From Macrostomum lignano (lineage: Eukaryota), in NCBI GenBank assembly GCA_002269645.1, contig NIVC01002227.1, forward strand, positions 1,229-65,228: a DNA stretch of 64,000 nt. Direction: 5' to 3'. Position 1 is the stretch's first letter. Each line of letters starts with the position of its first letter. Below the pieces are notes generated by a model. That model did no database searches. It was given only the letters and a program-made list of their open reading frames with translations, and had not been told where the DNA came from. Of this stretch, positions 1 to 16,947 are shown piece after piece. A program made the position numbers and the translations under genes.

Positions 1-1400
1 CTCTCCTCTCCTCTCCTCCTCCTCTCCTCTCCTCTCCTCTCCTCTCCTCTCCTCTCCTCTCCTCCTCTCCTCTCCTCCCTTCTCCTCCTCTCCTCTCCTC
101 TCCTCTCCTCTCCTCTCCCTCTCCTCTCCTCTCCTCTCCTCTCCTCTCCTCTCCTCTCCTCTCCTCTCCTCTCCTCTCCTCTTCTCTCCTCTCCTCTCTC
201 TCTCCTCTCCTCTCCTCTCCCCTCTCCTCTCCTCTCCTCTCCTCCTCCTCTCCTCTCCTCTCCTCTCCCTCCTCTCCTCTCCTCTCCTCTCCTCTCCTCT
301 CGACTCCTCTCTCCTCTCCTCTCCTCTCCTCTCCTCTCCTCTCCTCTCCTCTCCTCTCCTCTCCTCTCCTCTCCTCTCCTCTCCTCTCCTCTCTCTCTCC
401 TCTCCTCTCCTCTCCTCTACTCTCCTCTCCTCTCCTCTCCTCTCCTCTCCTCTCCTCTACTCTCCTCTCCTCTCCTCTCCTCTCCTCTCTCTCCTCTCCT
501 CTCCTCTCCTCTCCTCTCCTCTCCTCTCCTCTCCTCTCCTCTCCTCTCCTCTCCTCTCCTCTCCTCTCCTCTCCTCTCCTCTCCTCTCCTCTCCTCTCCT
601 CTCCTCTCCTCTCCTCTCCTCTCCTCTCCCTCTCTCCTCTCCTCTCCTCTCCTCTCCTCTCCACTCCTCTCCTCTCCTCCTCTCTCCTCTCCTTTCTTCT
701 CCTCTCCTCTCCTCTCCTCTCCTCTCCTCTCCTCTCCTCTCCCTCCTCTCCTCTCTCTCCTCTCCTCTCCTCTCCTCTCCTCTCCTCTCCTCCTCTCTCC
801 TCTCCTCCTCTCTTCTCCCCTCTCCTCTCCTCCTCTCTCCTCTCCTTTCTTCTCCTCTCCTCTCCTCTCCTCTCCTCTCCTCTCCTCTCCTCTCCTCTCC
901 TCTCCTCCTCTCTCCTCTCCTCCCCTCTCCTCCTCTCTCCTCTCCTCTCCTCTCCTCTCCTCTCCTCTCCTCTCCTCTCCTCTCCTCTCCTCTCCTCTCC
1001 TCTTCTCTCCTCTCCTCTCCTCTCCTCTCCTCTCCTCTCTTCTCCCCTCTCCTCTCCTCCTCTCTCCTCTCCTTTCTTCTCCTCTCCTCTCCTCTCCTCT
1101 CCTCTCCTCTCCTCTCCTCTCCCCTCTCTCCTCTCCTCTCCTCTCTCTCCTCTCCTCCCCTCTCCTCCTCTCTCCTCTCCTCTCCTCTCCACTCCTCTCC
1201 TCTCCTCTCCTCTCCTCTCCTCTCCTCTCCTCTCCTCTCCTCTCCTCTCCTCTCCTCTCCTCTCTCCCTCCTCCTCTCTCTCCTCTCCTCTCCTCTCCTC
1301 TCCTCTCCTCCTCTCTCCTCTCCTCTCCTCTCCTCTCCTCTCCTCTCCTCTCCTCTCCTCTCCTCTCCTCTCCCCTCCTCTCCTCTCCTCTCCTCTCCTC
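1..1400. repeat. (CTCCT)n pentanucleotide microsatellite
   Basis: Direct reading; the 323-aa EERRG ORF is its translation. Confidence 0.97.
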
Positions 1401-2009
1401 TAATCCCCTCTCCTCCCCAGCAGTACATTCCTTATTGAATAGAATGCTACATTTTTGTCTCCAGTCTTTCTTTCATCAATTCCGCACCTGATGCCCCATG
1501 CTGTACCACTTGCTTCTACGCGGCCCACTTGGCAGTCGCAATAGACCCTTAAAAAGCCTAATTTGCATCTTATTGCTGAGTCCCAGCGATGGGGCTCTGC
1601 AAAGGATATGATGAAGCTGTGCTCTTGCTTCGATCAAAGAGAAGAAGCGGGCGAAGAGCTGACATGACCACTGGGGACGTCAGCTCCCACGGCGCACTCC
1701 CTCTTCCTCGAGCTCTCGCTGCTCTCCCTTTTCCCTGAATAAATCTCACAGCGCAGGCTTCATTAGGCGCCGAAAAGCGCTGCTCTGAGTGACGCAAACA
1801 AGATGGAGAGGGAGAGGAAACTGGTTAGCGTTGGTTCACCTCTCCTTCTGGCTCGGGCGTTATGCGAGGCTTCGATGAAGATGCAGGATGTGGGAGGCTG
1901 GATAGGAGATGAAGTTGAGTGCCGCGACTGAGCGGATTAGGGCTCGCCTCCCCGTTTTTATTATACTATTTGGGGCTCTGGCTCTTATCAGCCATGCGCA
2001 TCATGCTCC

Positions 2010-2385
2010 CCCTCCCCTCTCTTCTCTTCCCTCTCCCTCTTCTACCCTCTCTCCCATCTTTTCTCCTTTTCTCTCTCCTGTCCTCTCTCCCATCTTTACT
2101 CCTCTCCTCCCCTCTCTGCCATCTTTTCTCTTCCTCTTCTCCTCTCTCAGATTTTCTCTCTCCTCTCCTCTCTCAGATCTTCTCTCTCTCATCTCCTCTC
2201 TCAGATCTTCTCTCTCCTCTCCTCTCCTCTCTCAGATCTTCTCTCTCCTCTCCTCTCCTCTCTCAGATCTTCTCTCTCCTCTCCTCTCTCAGATCTTCTC
2301 TCTCCTCTCCTCTTTCAGATCTCTTCTTCCTTTCCTCTCTCAGATCTTCTCTCTCGTCCCTTCTCTCAGATCTTCTCTCTCTACT
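2010..2385. repeat. CT-rich low-complexity array with CTCTCAGATCTT subunits
   Basis: Direct reading. Confidence 0.85.
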
Positions 2386-3496
2386 CTCCACAATAAATAG
2401 CTGTGACAAAAGAGCGGCAGTGATACAGTAACATGCTTTAAATGTTCTAACTTGCAATAAATCAAGTAATAGGATAAAAAATTAGTGTGATGAGATGGAG
2501 GGGAGGGGTGATGAAGGGGGCCGAGAAAAGAGCCAACGAAGTGGCATGCTCGATCAATCAAGTGGTCGCACTCAGTCTGATAGAATCAACTAGCTAAATC
2601 CAACACAAGCCGCAGAGGACGGGAGCTACAACCCTGTCTCACAATTTGCTGTCTCGTGTTACAGTTGCCTAAGTTAATTTCAAAGTCAGTTTTTTTATAC
2701 ACGAGCTACAGCGGGGCTATGACGCTGAGTTGGCAGAACTGTTCTAATAATAGTAGCCTTTCTATGAAAGCATCTACAAGTAAATTGTCTCCATTCATGT
2801 TTTTCTCATCAATATCCTAGCTACGCTACTTCAAGGCGTATAATAAGCAAGCTACGAGCGTCTTAATGAAATGCAATGTTACTTGCGAGATAGTACTCAG
2901 AAAAAACAAATATGAGTTTAACTACTCTTCCCATAATGAAAAACAGTTGTGAAAATATTTAGTACAATAGACAATTCAAATATTAGCAGGAGGAGGAACC
3001 AATAATTCCATTTTTTAAATTCTTAATTTAACATGTCCTTTCGTGTCCTACAGTACTTCTGCTCAGCATCCGTGCCCCCCTTTGACTTGCGTTTAAAAGC
3101 CAGTCGCGGAGAAAATTTATCTAAAAAACTAGCGATGATTTCCCGAATGTCAGTCGTGAAAATCTAGATGACTCAAAGCTTCAGAAGGCTGCTGATGAGA
3201 AAGATTCAACTGCAGTCTTCCATTCAAGGATGCCAAATTATCAGATTAAAAACGATTTTTTAACCAACACCGTCTCTCTGGCGGGAAATAATCTTCAGAC
3301 GTTTACTAATTCTAATCTTTTTACGTCCAGCTACGAGTATTGCAGTAAAATGTTATTTTTGAATGACAGCCAGATGACTGATAGAGAAGCCTAGAAAGTT
3401 ACAAAGCAATGTGAGATTATAGAACTGATCGAATTTCAGGCTGGTCAGCCAATCAGAGAGGAGCCATTATGCCAAATATTACTGCCATCTCTAGCG

Positions 3497-3905
3497 GCAG
3501 ACAGACGGACCCTCAGACAGACACTGAGACAGACACTGAGACAGACCTTCAGACAGAACCTCAGACAGACACTGAGACGGACACTGAGACGGACCCTCAG
3601 ACAGACACTGAGACAGACCCTCAGACAGACACTGAGACAGACACTGAGACAGACCCTCAGACAGACACTGAGACAGACACTGAGACAGACCTTCAGACAA
3701 ACCCTCAGACAGACACTGAGACAGACACTGAGACAGACCCTCAGACAGACACTGAGACAGACACTGAGACAGACCCTCAGACAGACCCTCAGACAGACAC
3801 TGAGACAGACACTGAGACAGACCTTCAGACAGACCCTCAGACAGACACTGAGACAGACACTGAGACAGACCCTCAGACAGACCCTCAGACAGACAGAGAC
3901 AGACG
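3497..3905. repeat. 12-bp tandem repeat (ACAGACACTGAG/ACAGACCCTCAG) just upstream of the opsin ATG
   Basis: Direct reading. Confidence 0.93.
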
Positions 3906-3934
3906 CTTAACTGAAAGCAGACAATCGAGTTTTC

Positions 3935-8830
<4,896 letters not shown>

Positions 8831-9502
8831 TTGTCGGGAAGCCGGAGGTGCAGCAGATTGGCATTGAGCACACAGAGCTTTGATTTTGATTGTTCTTATG
8901 GAGAATTTCGTGTTGTTTTTGTTTTCTACGGCAGTTGAAAAAATTGTAATCAGTAGGTAGATGAGGCTTAAGTTACTTTGAATTTCAAACTCTACTACAC
9001 ACAGCCTTGTAGATTTAAGTGTGCACTTTATTTAAAATTTAGTAATAAATTTAGTAATAAAAATTTCTCACAGAATTTCTTGTGTAGACTACTTATGGTA
9101 AGTTACGTGCAAGTAGTCGTTAAAATTTGATATTTTAATTTCGAAAAAGAGAGAGATAACTTTTTTTAAGTGGCCATTTGAGCGGTGAAGTATCGCTATT
9201 TCAGGCGCCACGGGGACTTTAGCTGTCCTTGGCTTCAGCTGTCCCTGCATGGCTTTGATCGCAATACATGTAATTGAACTCAGAAAATACCCGAAAGACT
9301 TATTTTTAATGCAGTTTGCTCAAACGAACTCCCAACGTTTGAGATGGATCTCGGCAAAACTTTTCCGGTTTTTTAAAAAGATTTATTAAATTTGATTGTT
9401 TCGAATTTCCTGTACGTTTTAAGCTTGCATGCACAAATAAACAGCTGAGTCGCATTTATGATTTTCTATATTTCAGCAACTGAGAAGGGAGACGCTGCGC
9501 AG

Positions 9503-10060
9503 TCAGTAGATGTCGCAGGAGCAATAGTTCCACAGCTGCTGTACGCTGCAAGAACTCACGCAGCAGTCGCAGCCAATGTCGCTTTTGGTCGGCCGGATTC
9601 GCCAAACCTGGCTCCGATCCATGCTCTGCAGCTTCTTCACTTCGGCATCGCTGATGAGCTTGTGATTCCCCCGCTGCTGCCGCTGCTGCTGCTGCCGCTG
9701 CTGCTGCTGCCGCTGCTGCTGCCCCCGCTTGACCAGCATGTGGTCAACTCGACACTCGGTGAAGTTGAAGTGCCGGAAGTCGCCAGAGTTCAACTGGGGC
9801 AGCAGATCCGGCCGGTGCTTCACAACTCGCATCGCGCGGCAGTACCAGCAGCAGGCGCCCTCCCACAGGTAGTACAGGCGGCGGCCGCAGACCCCCTGCC
9901 GCTGCTGGCTGGCCGGGATCGGCACCCCATTGCACACATCGGCGCCGCTTGAAGAGATGATAGCTCTCTGCGGCCCGGGCACAGACTCGCAGCCTACTGC
10001 TAGTAGTACGGTAATGAATAGGACTACGGATGAAGCAGTGATTAGTTGACAGCCAGTCAT
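9503..10060 (-). CDS. Insulin-like/relaxin-family peptide precursor (185 aa), coding region in one exon
   Basis: Hydrophobic signal peptide; B-chain 'VCGRRLYYLWEGACC'; C-peptide with KR/KK and poly-Q; A-chain 'IGCDCCVSSCSVQQLWNYC' with canonical CC-x3-C-x8-C spacing. Confidence 0.9.
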   Translation of the reverse strand: MTGCQLITASSVVLFITVLLAVGCESVPGPQRAIISSSGADVCNGVPIPASQQRQGVCGRRLYYLWEGACCWYCRAMRVVKHRPDLLPQLNSGDFRHFNFTECRVDHMLVKRGQQQRQQQQRQQQQRQQRGNHKLISDAEVKKLQSMDRSQVWRIRPTKSDIGCDCCVSSCSVQQLWNYCSCDIY

Positions 10061-10079
10061 GATGTCGATTGCTAGGAGG

Positions 10080-10256
10080 CTGGAAGAGAAATTATGTTGA
10101 AATTAGAATGAATGAATGAATGATTCAATGAATTATCAGGAAAAGTGGCAATTATTTAAATTTTAATTTTGGGAATAGCTCACCGGATTAGTGACGGATT
10201 AGAAAGCAGAGCTGCAGTGTCGCATCTCGTCCAGAACTGGCATCGGCGCTTTATAG
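10080..10256 (-). promoter_or_regulatory. Putative ILP core promoter and 5' UTR intron: TATAAA at 10255-10250, short first exon ending 10184, intron 10080-10183
   Basis: The minus strand reads CTATAAAG, then CCG|GTGAG donor at 10183 and TTCTCTTCCAG| acceptor at 10080, 19 nt before the ATG. Confidence 0.5.
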
Positions 10257-10349
10257 GGGCAGAGAGCTGGGGAAATGTATCGAAACTGCTGTCTGTCTGC
10301 CACCCGCCTCTGCCGCTTCTCTGCCGGTGAAGGGCAGCGAATAAAAAAT

Positions 10350-10968
10350 GATTTGGGGCGCTGTTGGGGCACTGTTGGGGCACTGTTGGGGCACTGTTGG
10401 GGGCACTGTTGGGGCACTGTTGGGGCACTCTTGGGGCACTCTTGGGGCACTCTTGGGGCACTCTTGGGGCACTGTTGGGGCACTCTTGGGGCACTCTTGG
10501 GGCACTGTTGGGGCACTCTTGGGGCACTCTTGGGGCACTGTTGGGGCACTGTTGGGGCACTGTTGGGGCACTCTTGGGGCACTCTTGGGGCACTCTTGGG
10601 GCACTCTTGGGGCACTCTTGGGGCACTCTTGGGGCACTCTTGGGGCACTCTTGGGGCACTCTTGGGGCACTCTTGGGGCACTGTTGGGGCACTCTTGGGG
10701 CACTGTTGGGGCACTGTTGGGGCACTGTTGGGGCACTGTTGGGGCACTCTTGGGGCACTCTTGGGGCACTCTTGGGGCACTCTTGGGGCACTCTTGGGGC
10801 ACTCTTGGGGCACTGTTGGGGCACTCTTGGGGCACTGTTGGGGCACTGTTGGGGCACTCTTGGGGCACTGTTGGGGCACTGTTGGGGCACTGTTGGGGCA
10901 CAATGGGGGCACTGTTTGGGGCGCTGAGGCATACAAACAGATAAACAGACAGACAGACAGACAGACAA

Positions 10969-10999
<31 letters not shown>

Positions 11000-11040
11000 C
11001 ACAGAGAGACAGACAAACAGACAGACAGCAGGCAGACAAG
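10350..11040. repeat. 11-bp repeat (CACT[G/C]TTGGGG) followed by (GACA)n
   Basis: Direct reading. Confidence 0.95.
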
Positions 11041-11539
11041 CTGACATTTCCGGTATTGGTCTGGACTCTTCAGACGATCGGGTAGAGGTCGGGGTTAGAT
11101 CGAGTAGCCCTGTGCCACAGCTGGGCATCTCAGCGCCATTTAGTGCATTTTCATACACGTGTATTAATGTCGAGCTATTTTCGGCTGAAAATGGTGGGCA
11201 CAGATGGCCATCAATCCGAAATGCGTGGGATCGAATGTCAACTGTAGTCAAACGACACCAATCCATGTCGAAGAATCGACGCGTTAAAAATATCGGCGAT
11301 CCTAGAAGGAATCGTAAATCTTCAACGACTGTTTGCAGGTATGGTTTGTCAGGTCTCAGAACTAACTAGACTCACCTGTTGGGCTTTCAGTATATAATTT
11401 AATGCTCATACTTGCGATTGATTGAACACTGAATAAACATTTATTGCTAATTGATAAATTTATGAAATTACTACTAAAGCAATGTGATTTTTACTTACAA
11501 ACAGAATTTTTTAAATTTTTCTGAGATTGAAAACGGAGA

Positions 11540-11725
11540 AACCTCAACCAAAAAACCCCAACCGGGAACCCCCGACCAGGAAACTTCAACCAGGAAACCC
11601 CGACCAGAAAACCCCAACTGGGAAAGCCCAACCGGGAAAGCCCAACCGGGAAAGCCCAACCGGGAAAGCCCAACCGGGAAAGCCCAACCGGGAAACCCCA
11701 ATTGGGAAAATCCAACCGGGAAACT
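11540..11725. repeat. 14-bp repeat (GGGAAAGCCCAACC)
   Basis: Direct reading. Confidence 0.9.
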
Positions 11726-12294
11726 CCCACCAGACAACAACCAGATACCTTGATGCTCTAGTCGACAATGACCATCAATGTCATTGGTCTATGGTATTCC
11801 CATTAATTTTGAAGACAGTACGTGGTACATGCAAGCACTTCTCAACGAACGAATATCCCGCGTGTTACAAATCTAATTCAGAGACGCGGCAGCATGCGTC
11901 ATGGCAAGCTTGCACGAATTGGTAGTAATTTATTCATTCATAAATTTCATTATAATATTACGCACAAGTGCAACTTCAGAAAACTGGAACAGCTCTCTAG
12001 ACACCACCCCCCTAGACATCGTGAGAGCTCATTGCACTGCTCTCGGATTCAAGAATTGCAATTTTCAAGGTCATCTTGACTAGACAGAATGGCAGTCTTG
12101 GGTAGTTGGAATAATTTAATTGCAGATTTCCCTCTCGAATAATCAAATGAGACCGCGGGGCCGCTACAAACCTGAGCGTGCACTTTTCTGAGCTCATTCA
12201 GGAAGTATATGATATGGGAGTACGCGTGCCTTTGTCCCAGATCAAGACTACCCAGTCTCATTGGTGTCTAAGTGACTCAATGGATGTTGAAGCA

Positions 12295-13435
12295 ACTCAG
12301 TCTAATGGATTCCTAAGTGACTCAGTCTCACTGATGTTGAAGTGACTCAGTCTCACTGATGTTGAAGTGACTCAGTCTCACTGATGTTGAAGTGACTCAG
12401 ACTCACTTGATGTTGAAGTGACTCAGTCTCACTGATGTTGAAGTGACTCAGACTCACTTGATGTTGAAGTGACTCAGTCTCACTGATGTTGAAGTGACTC
12501 AGTCTCACTGATTTTGAAGTGACTCAGTCTCTCTGGATGTTGAAGTGACTCAGTCTCACTGATTTTGAAGTGACTCAGTCTCACTGATGTTGAAGTGACT
12601 CAGTCTCACTGATTTTGAAGTGACTCAGTCTCTCTGGATGTTGAAGTGACTCAGTCTCACTGATTTTGAAGTGACTCAGTCTCACTGATGTTGAAGTGAC
12701 TCAGTCTCACTGATGTTGAAGTGACTCAGTCTCACTGATGTTGAAGTGACTCAGTCTCACTGATGTTGAAGTGACTCAGACTCACTTGATGTTGAAGTGA
12801 CTCAGTCTCACTGATGTTGAAGTGACTCAGACTCACTTGATGTTGAAGTGACTCAGTCTCACTGATGTTGAAGTGACTCAGACTCACTTGATGTTGAAGT
12901 GACTCAGTCTCACTGATGTTGAAGTGACTCAGTCTTACTGGATGTTGAAGTGACTCAGTCTCTCTGGATGTTGAAGTGACTCAGTCTCACTGATTTTGAA
13001 GTGACTCAGTCTCACTGATGTTGAAGTGACTCAGTCTCTCTGATGTTGAAGTGACTCAGTCTCTCTGATGTTGAAGTGACTCAGTCTCTCTGGATGTTGA
13101 AGTGACTCAGTCTCTCTGGATGTTGAAGTGACTCAGTCTCACTGATGTTGAAGTGACTCAGTCTCTCTGATGTTGAAGTGACTCAGTCTCTCTGGATGTT
13201 GAAGTGACTCAGTCTCTCTGATGTTGAAGTGACTCAGTCTCTCTGATGTTGAAGTGACTCAGTCTCTCTGGATGTTGAAGTGACTCAGTCTCTCTGGATG
13301 TTGAAGTGACTCAGTCTCTCTGGATGTTGAAGTGACTCAGTCTCTCTGATGTTGAAGTGACTCAGTCTCTCTGGATGTTGAAGTGACTCAGTCTCATTGA
13401 TGTTGAAGTGACTCAGTCTCAGTCATGCATAAGTG
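12295..13435. repeat. 25/26-bp minisatellite (GATGTTGAAGTGACTCAGTCTCACT), about 44 copies
   Basis: Direct reading. Confidence 0.96.
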
Positions 13436-13890
13436 ACTCTTTTACAATGACTGCAGACGATTATTAAAACCTACCAGTAAAATAAATAAAATGTTACTAA
13501 GGCACTCAGAGCGTTTTGGCAAAACCAATGACCTGAGAAGAAAGTACTTGTCAATCTTAATGCTAAACATTTTTATTGCAAATCATAAAAACAAAATAGT
13601 TTAGAAAGACAGATTATTAAAAATATAAACTTGTATTAGTTCTTTATTTATAGAAGAAAATTTTCAACGACACACAGAAACGCATAAGTCTACTTGTTCA
13701 GTAGTAAAATCAGCATTTTAAGCATTTTTCTTAACTAAATATGGATTTTTTTAAATTTATTATTTTCAGCTGTTCCTGGCTCTTTGCTGTATTTTTTCGC
13801 AACTGAATTTGTCTATGGCAAAAAACCCATTCCATAGCTATAAAAACGCAGATAAAACAGTTTTAAACACAAATAACACGCAGATTTGAT

Positions 13891-16320
13891 CTAATCCCTT
13901 TTCAAGCCCAAGCCGCGACAGGACAGCACGCAGTTGCCCTCTCCACCGCCGTCCGTCTTCCCCGGCTTAGTGGTATCTTCGCTAACAGAGAAGTTCACTC
14001 CTGTCAACATCTCGGCCACGTGTACAGCAGTGCGAGTGTGCAGGGTGAGCGGCCCGACACGAATAGCGGATTCGCCTTCGGCTAAAGCCATGAATATCAC
14101 TAGCTGGTCCTGTTGTTGTTGTTGTGTTGTGCAATCAATTAAGGAAGCTTTTCAAATTCGGCAAGTTTTTTACCGTACTACTGAAAGTAAAAGGGTCATG
14201 CCCATTTTATTGACCCCTCGGAACGCCCGACGAAAATGGTACCCATAGGGCAAGAAGCGCCCCAGAATCACAATTGCATCATCCCAGTTTTTTCTGGGCA
14301 GATCTGCTGTCTCCTCTGGCTGTCTCCCTGCCCTTGTGTCTCGGCTCTCATCCTGACAGTGGACTGGAGTCCTGGGGTTGATGTTCGTCCCGAATCGGGG
14401 ATACCGGCTGAGTCCGAGGCCTCTTGCTCCTTGTGCCCCTTCCCGACCCTTGGCCTGGCCTCCAATATAGAGCTGGATAGGCGATACCCTTGGGCTTGCA
14501 GCCCTATAGGTTTTCTGGTGGCCTGACAGGGGAGTCTCGCCCTCGGAAACAAGCCTTCCAGACTCACTCCAAAATTAAGCCATTTCCGAGACTTCGGGGT
14601 CTCCCCGCTCTCGGACCGCTTTCAGTAGTATTCCAAATTTTTTCCAATTCTTTTTTCGCGCACTCACGTGACTTGTCCGCTGGGTGCCTGGGTGGACTCG
14701 GTCTTAGCACCGTCCCTGATTCCACTGTTTGGGTTGGCGGTGTCTTAGTCCATAGGTTTGGGTTGGCAGAATTCCCCTGGCCCAGACGTCAGGGTCCAAT
14801 CTCGGGGCATCTCGGGCTATATGCCCCTGGCAGTGCCCCTCGGCGGCAGACTTAACAGCCGCCTCTCCGTCGCATTTGCAATCGTTTGAGTCGTTAAAAA
14901 AGTCACAAGAGTCGCTACAGAGCCAGGTGCAAGCTCTATGTGCCTTGGGGACTGGCTGAGAGTCATAACCCCAAAATTACCTGAGTATGCACATCAACGC
15001 AGACTCCGCGTTTCACATCGGCCAGCAGCTGATTGACAGCTTCGGCGGCAACGTCGTGCGCTGGTACACCGCGCCGGCCGATGGCGTTGGCGCCCAGCAG
15101 GCAGCCGGTGGAGCTGTGAGCAGTCAGCGAGATCCCGCAACCGTTGCCGACGCTCTGCGACGATTTGTCGACAACGATATCGACGAAGAATGCCGTCGGA
15201 TCCGTGTTGGATCCGAGTGCAGTCAGCAGCAGTTGGCGGGCTGCTGAGGCCATCTGAGTTGAAGATGCAAGTTAGAGCAGGGAGATAGCTGAGGAAAAAA
15301 TTGTCTGGGCTTTTGCCTACTTACAGTAGGAGTAAATGAAAATTGATATCTTTTTTCGATTGTTCAACTAGTGTGAAAATGCTATAGAAATTTATAAACT
15401 AGAAAACTTTAACCTGGGTTAATAACCCGGACCAGCACTTTAACAGATGCTTAGAAATGGATGATGGGATCTCTAATTATGGATTAATCACCTGCTGCAT
15501 GATGGGATCTCTAATTAGGGACCAATCACCTGCATGATGGGATCTCTAATTATGGATTAATCACCTGCTGCATGATGGGATCTCTAATTATGGATTAATC
15601 ACCTGCAGGATGATGGTATCTCTAATTAGGGATTAATCACCAGCTGCATGATGGGATCTCTAATTAGGGACCAATCACCTGCATGATGGGATCTCTAATT
15701 ATGGATTAATCACCTGCAGGATGATGGTATCTCTAATTAGGGATTAATCACCTGCTGCATGATGGTATCCCTAATTAGGGATTAATCACCTGCTGCATGA
15801 TGGGATCTCTAATTATGGATTAATCAACAGCTGCATGATGATATCTCTAATTAGGGATTAATCACCAGATTAATTAAAAAATCCCGAAACGCGCGCCCTA
15901 ATCCTCAACCTGCTGAGCTACTCGAGCTGGAATCGCGCCGCAGGCGTGAGCAACTCCGGTCACGCGGACCAGCTGGCCGGGGTCCAGCAGGCGTATTGGC
16001 GCTAACGGCGCTCCCCTGGGCGCCGGGGTGACTTCAAGCGCCAGCTGGCCGCCGCCACGCGGATAGAAGCCGCGTCGGGCCAGGCTCAGGCGAAACCGAA
16101 GGCCCAGCGTGGACTCGAGCAGCGGCGCCAGGGTGCCGGTGAAGTGCTCCGCCGGCGGTGCGAAATCCACATTGGTGCCGCCGCGGAGGCTCAGTAGAGA
16201 CGGCGAGTCGGCGAAGGCGAGCACCGGGAGGGCGGCTTGGACAAGAAGGCAGACGCTGCCAGCGGTGCCAATGTCTTCGGAGTAGTTCCCACCTACATGT
16301 AGATGGTTGGGTAGATAGAT

Positions 16321-16359
<39 letters not shown>

Positions 16360-16380
16360 TACATACACACAGACAGACAC

Positions 16381-16427
<47 letters not shown>

Positions 16428-16450
16428 CACAGACAGACAGACAGACAGAA

Positions 16451-16487
<37 letters not shown>

Positions 16488-16532
16488 CACAGACACACAG
16501 ACAGACACACAGACAGACAGACAGACAGACAC

Positions 16533-16563
<31 letters not shown>

Positions 16564-16604
16564 CACAGACACACAGACAGAGAGACAGACAGACAGACAG
16601 ACAC

Positions 16605-16651
<47 letters not shown>

Positions 16652-16652
16652 C

Positions 16653-16703
<51 letters not shown>

Positions 16704-16770
16704 CACAGACACACAGACAGACAGAGAGACAGACAGACAGACAGACACACAGACACACAGACACACAGAC

Positions 16771-16803
<33 letters not shown>

Positions 16804-16824
16804 CACAGACAGACAGACAGACAC

Positions 16825-16907
<83 letters not shown>

Positions 16908-16916
16908 CACAGACAC

Positions 16917-16947
<31 letters not shown>

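Noticed and set aside
457-1428. Long repeat-derived ORFs ([50 protein letters not shown] and others)
   Set aside because: They are translations of tandem repeats, often open in several frames, and mostly lie inside introns defined by flanking exons.
1420-2000. Retroelement or gene fragment between the CT repeats
   Set aside because: Only short ORFs with no recognisable motif; nothing supportable.
3130-3200. C/D snoRNA or hammerhead ribozyme (CTGATGA at about 3192 and 17581)
   Set aside because: No matching GAAA core, stems or terminal stem found.
11730-12260. Possible degenerate second ILP (Cys-containing short frames such as 'ACHDACC')
   Set aside because: No insulin Cys spacing, no signal peptide, and frequent stops.
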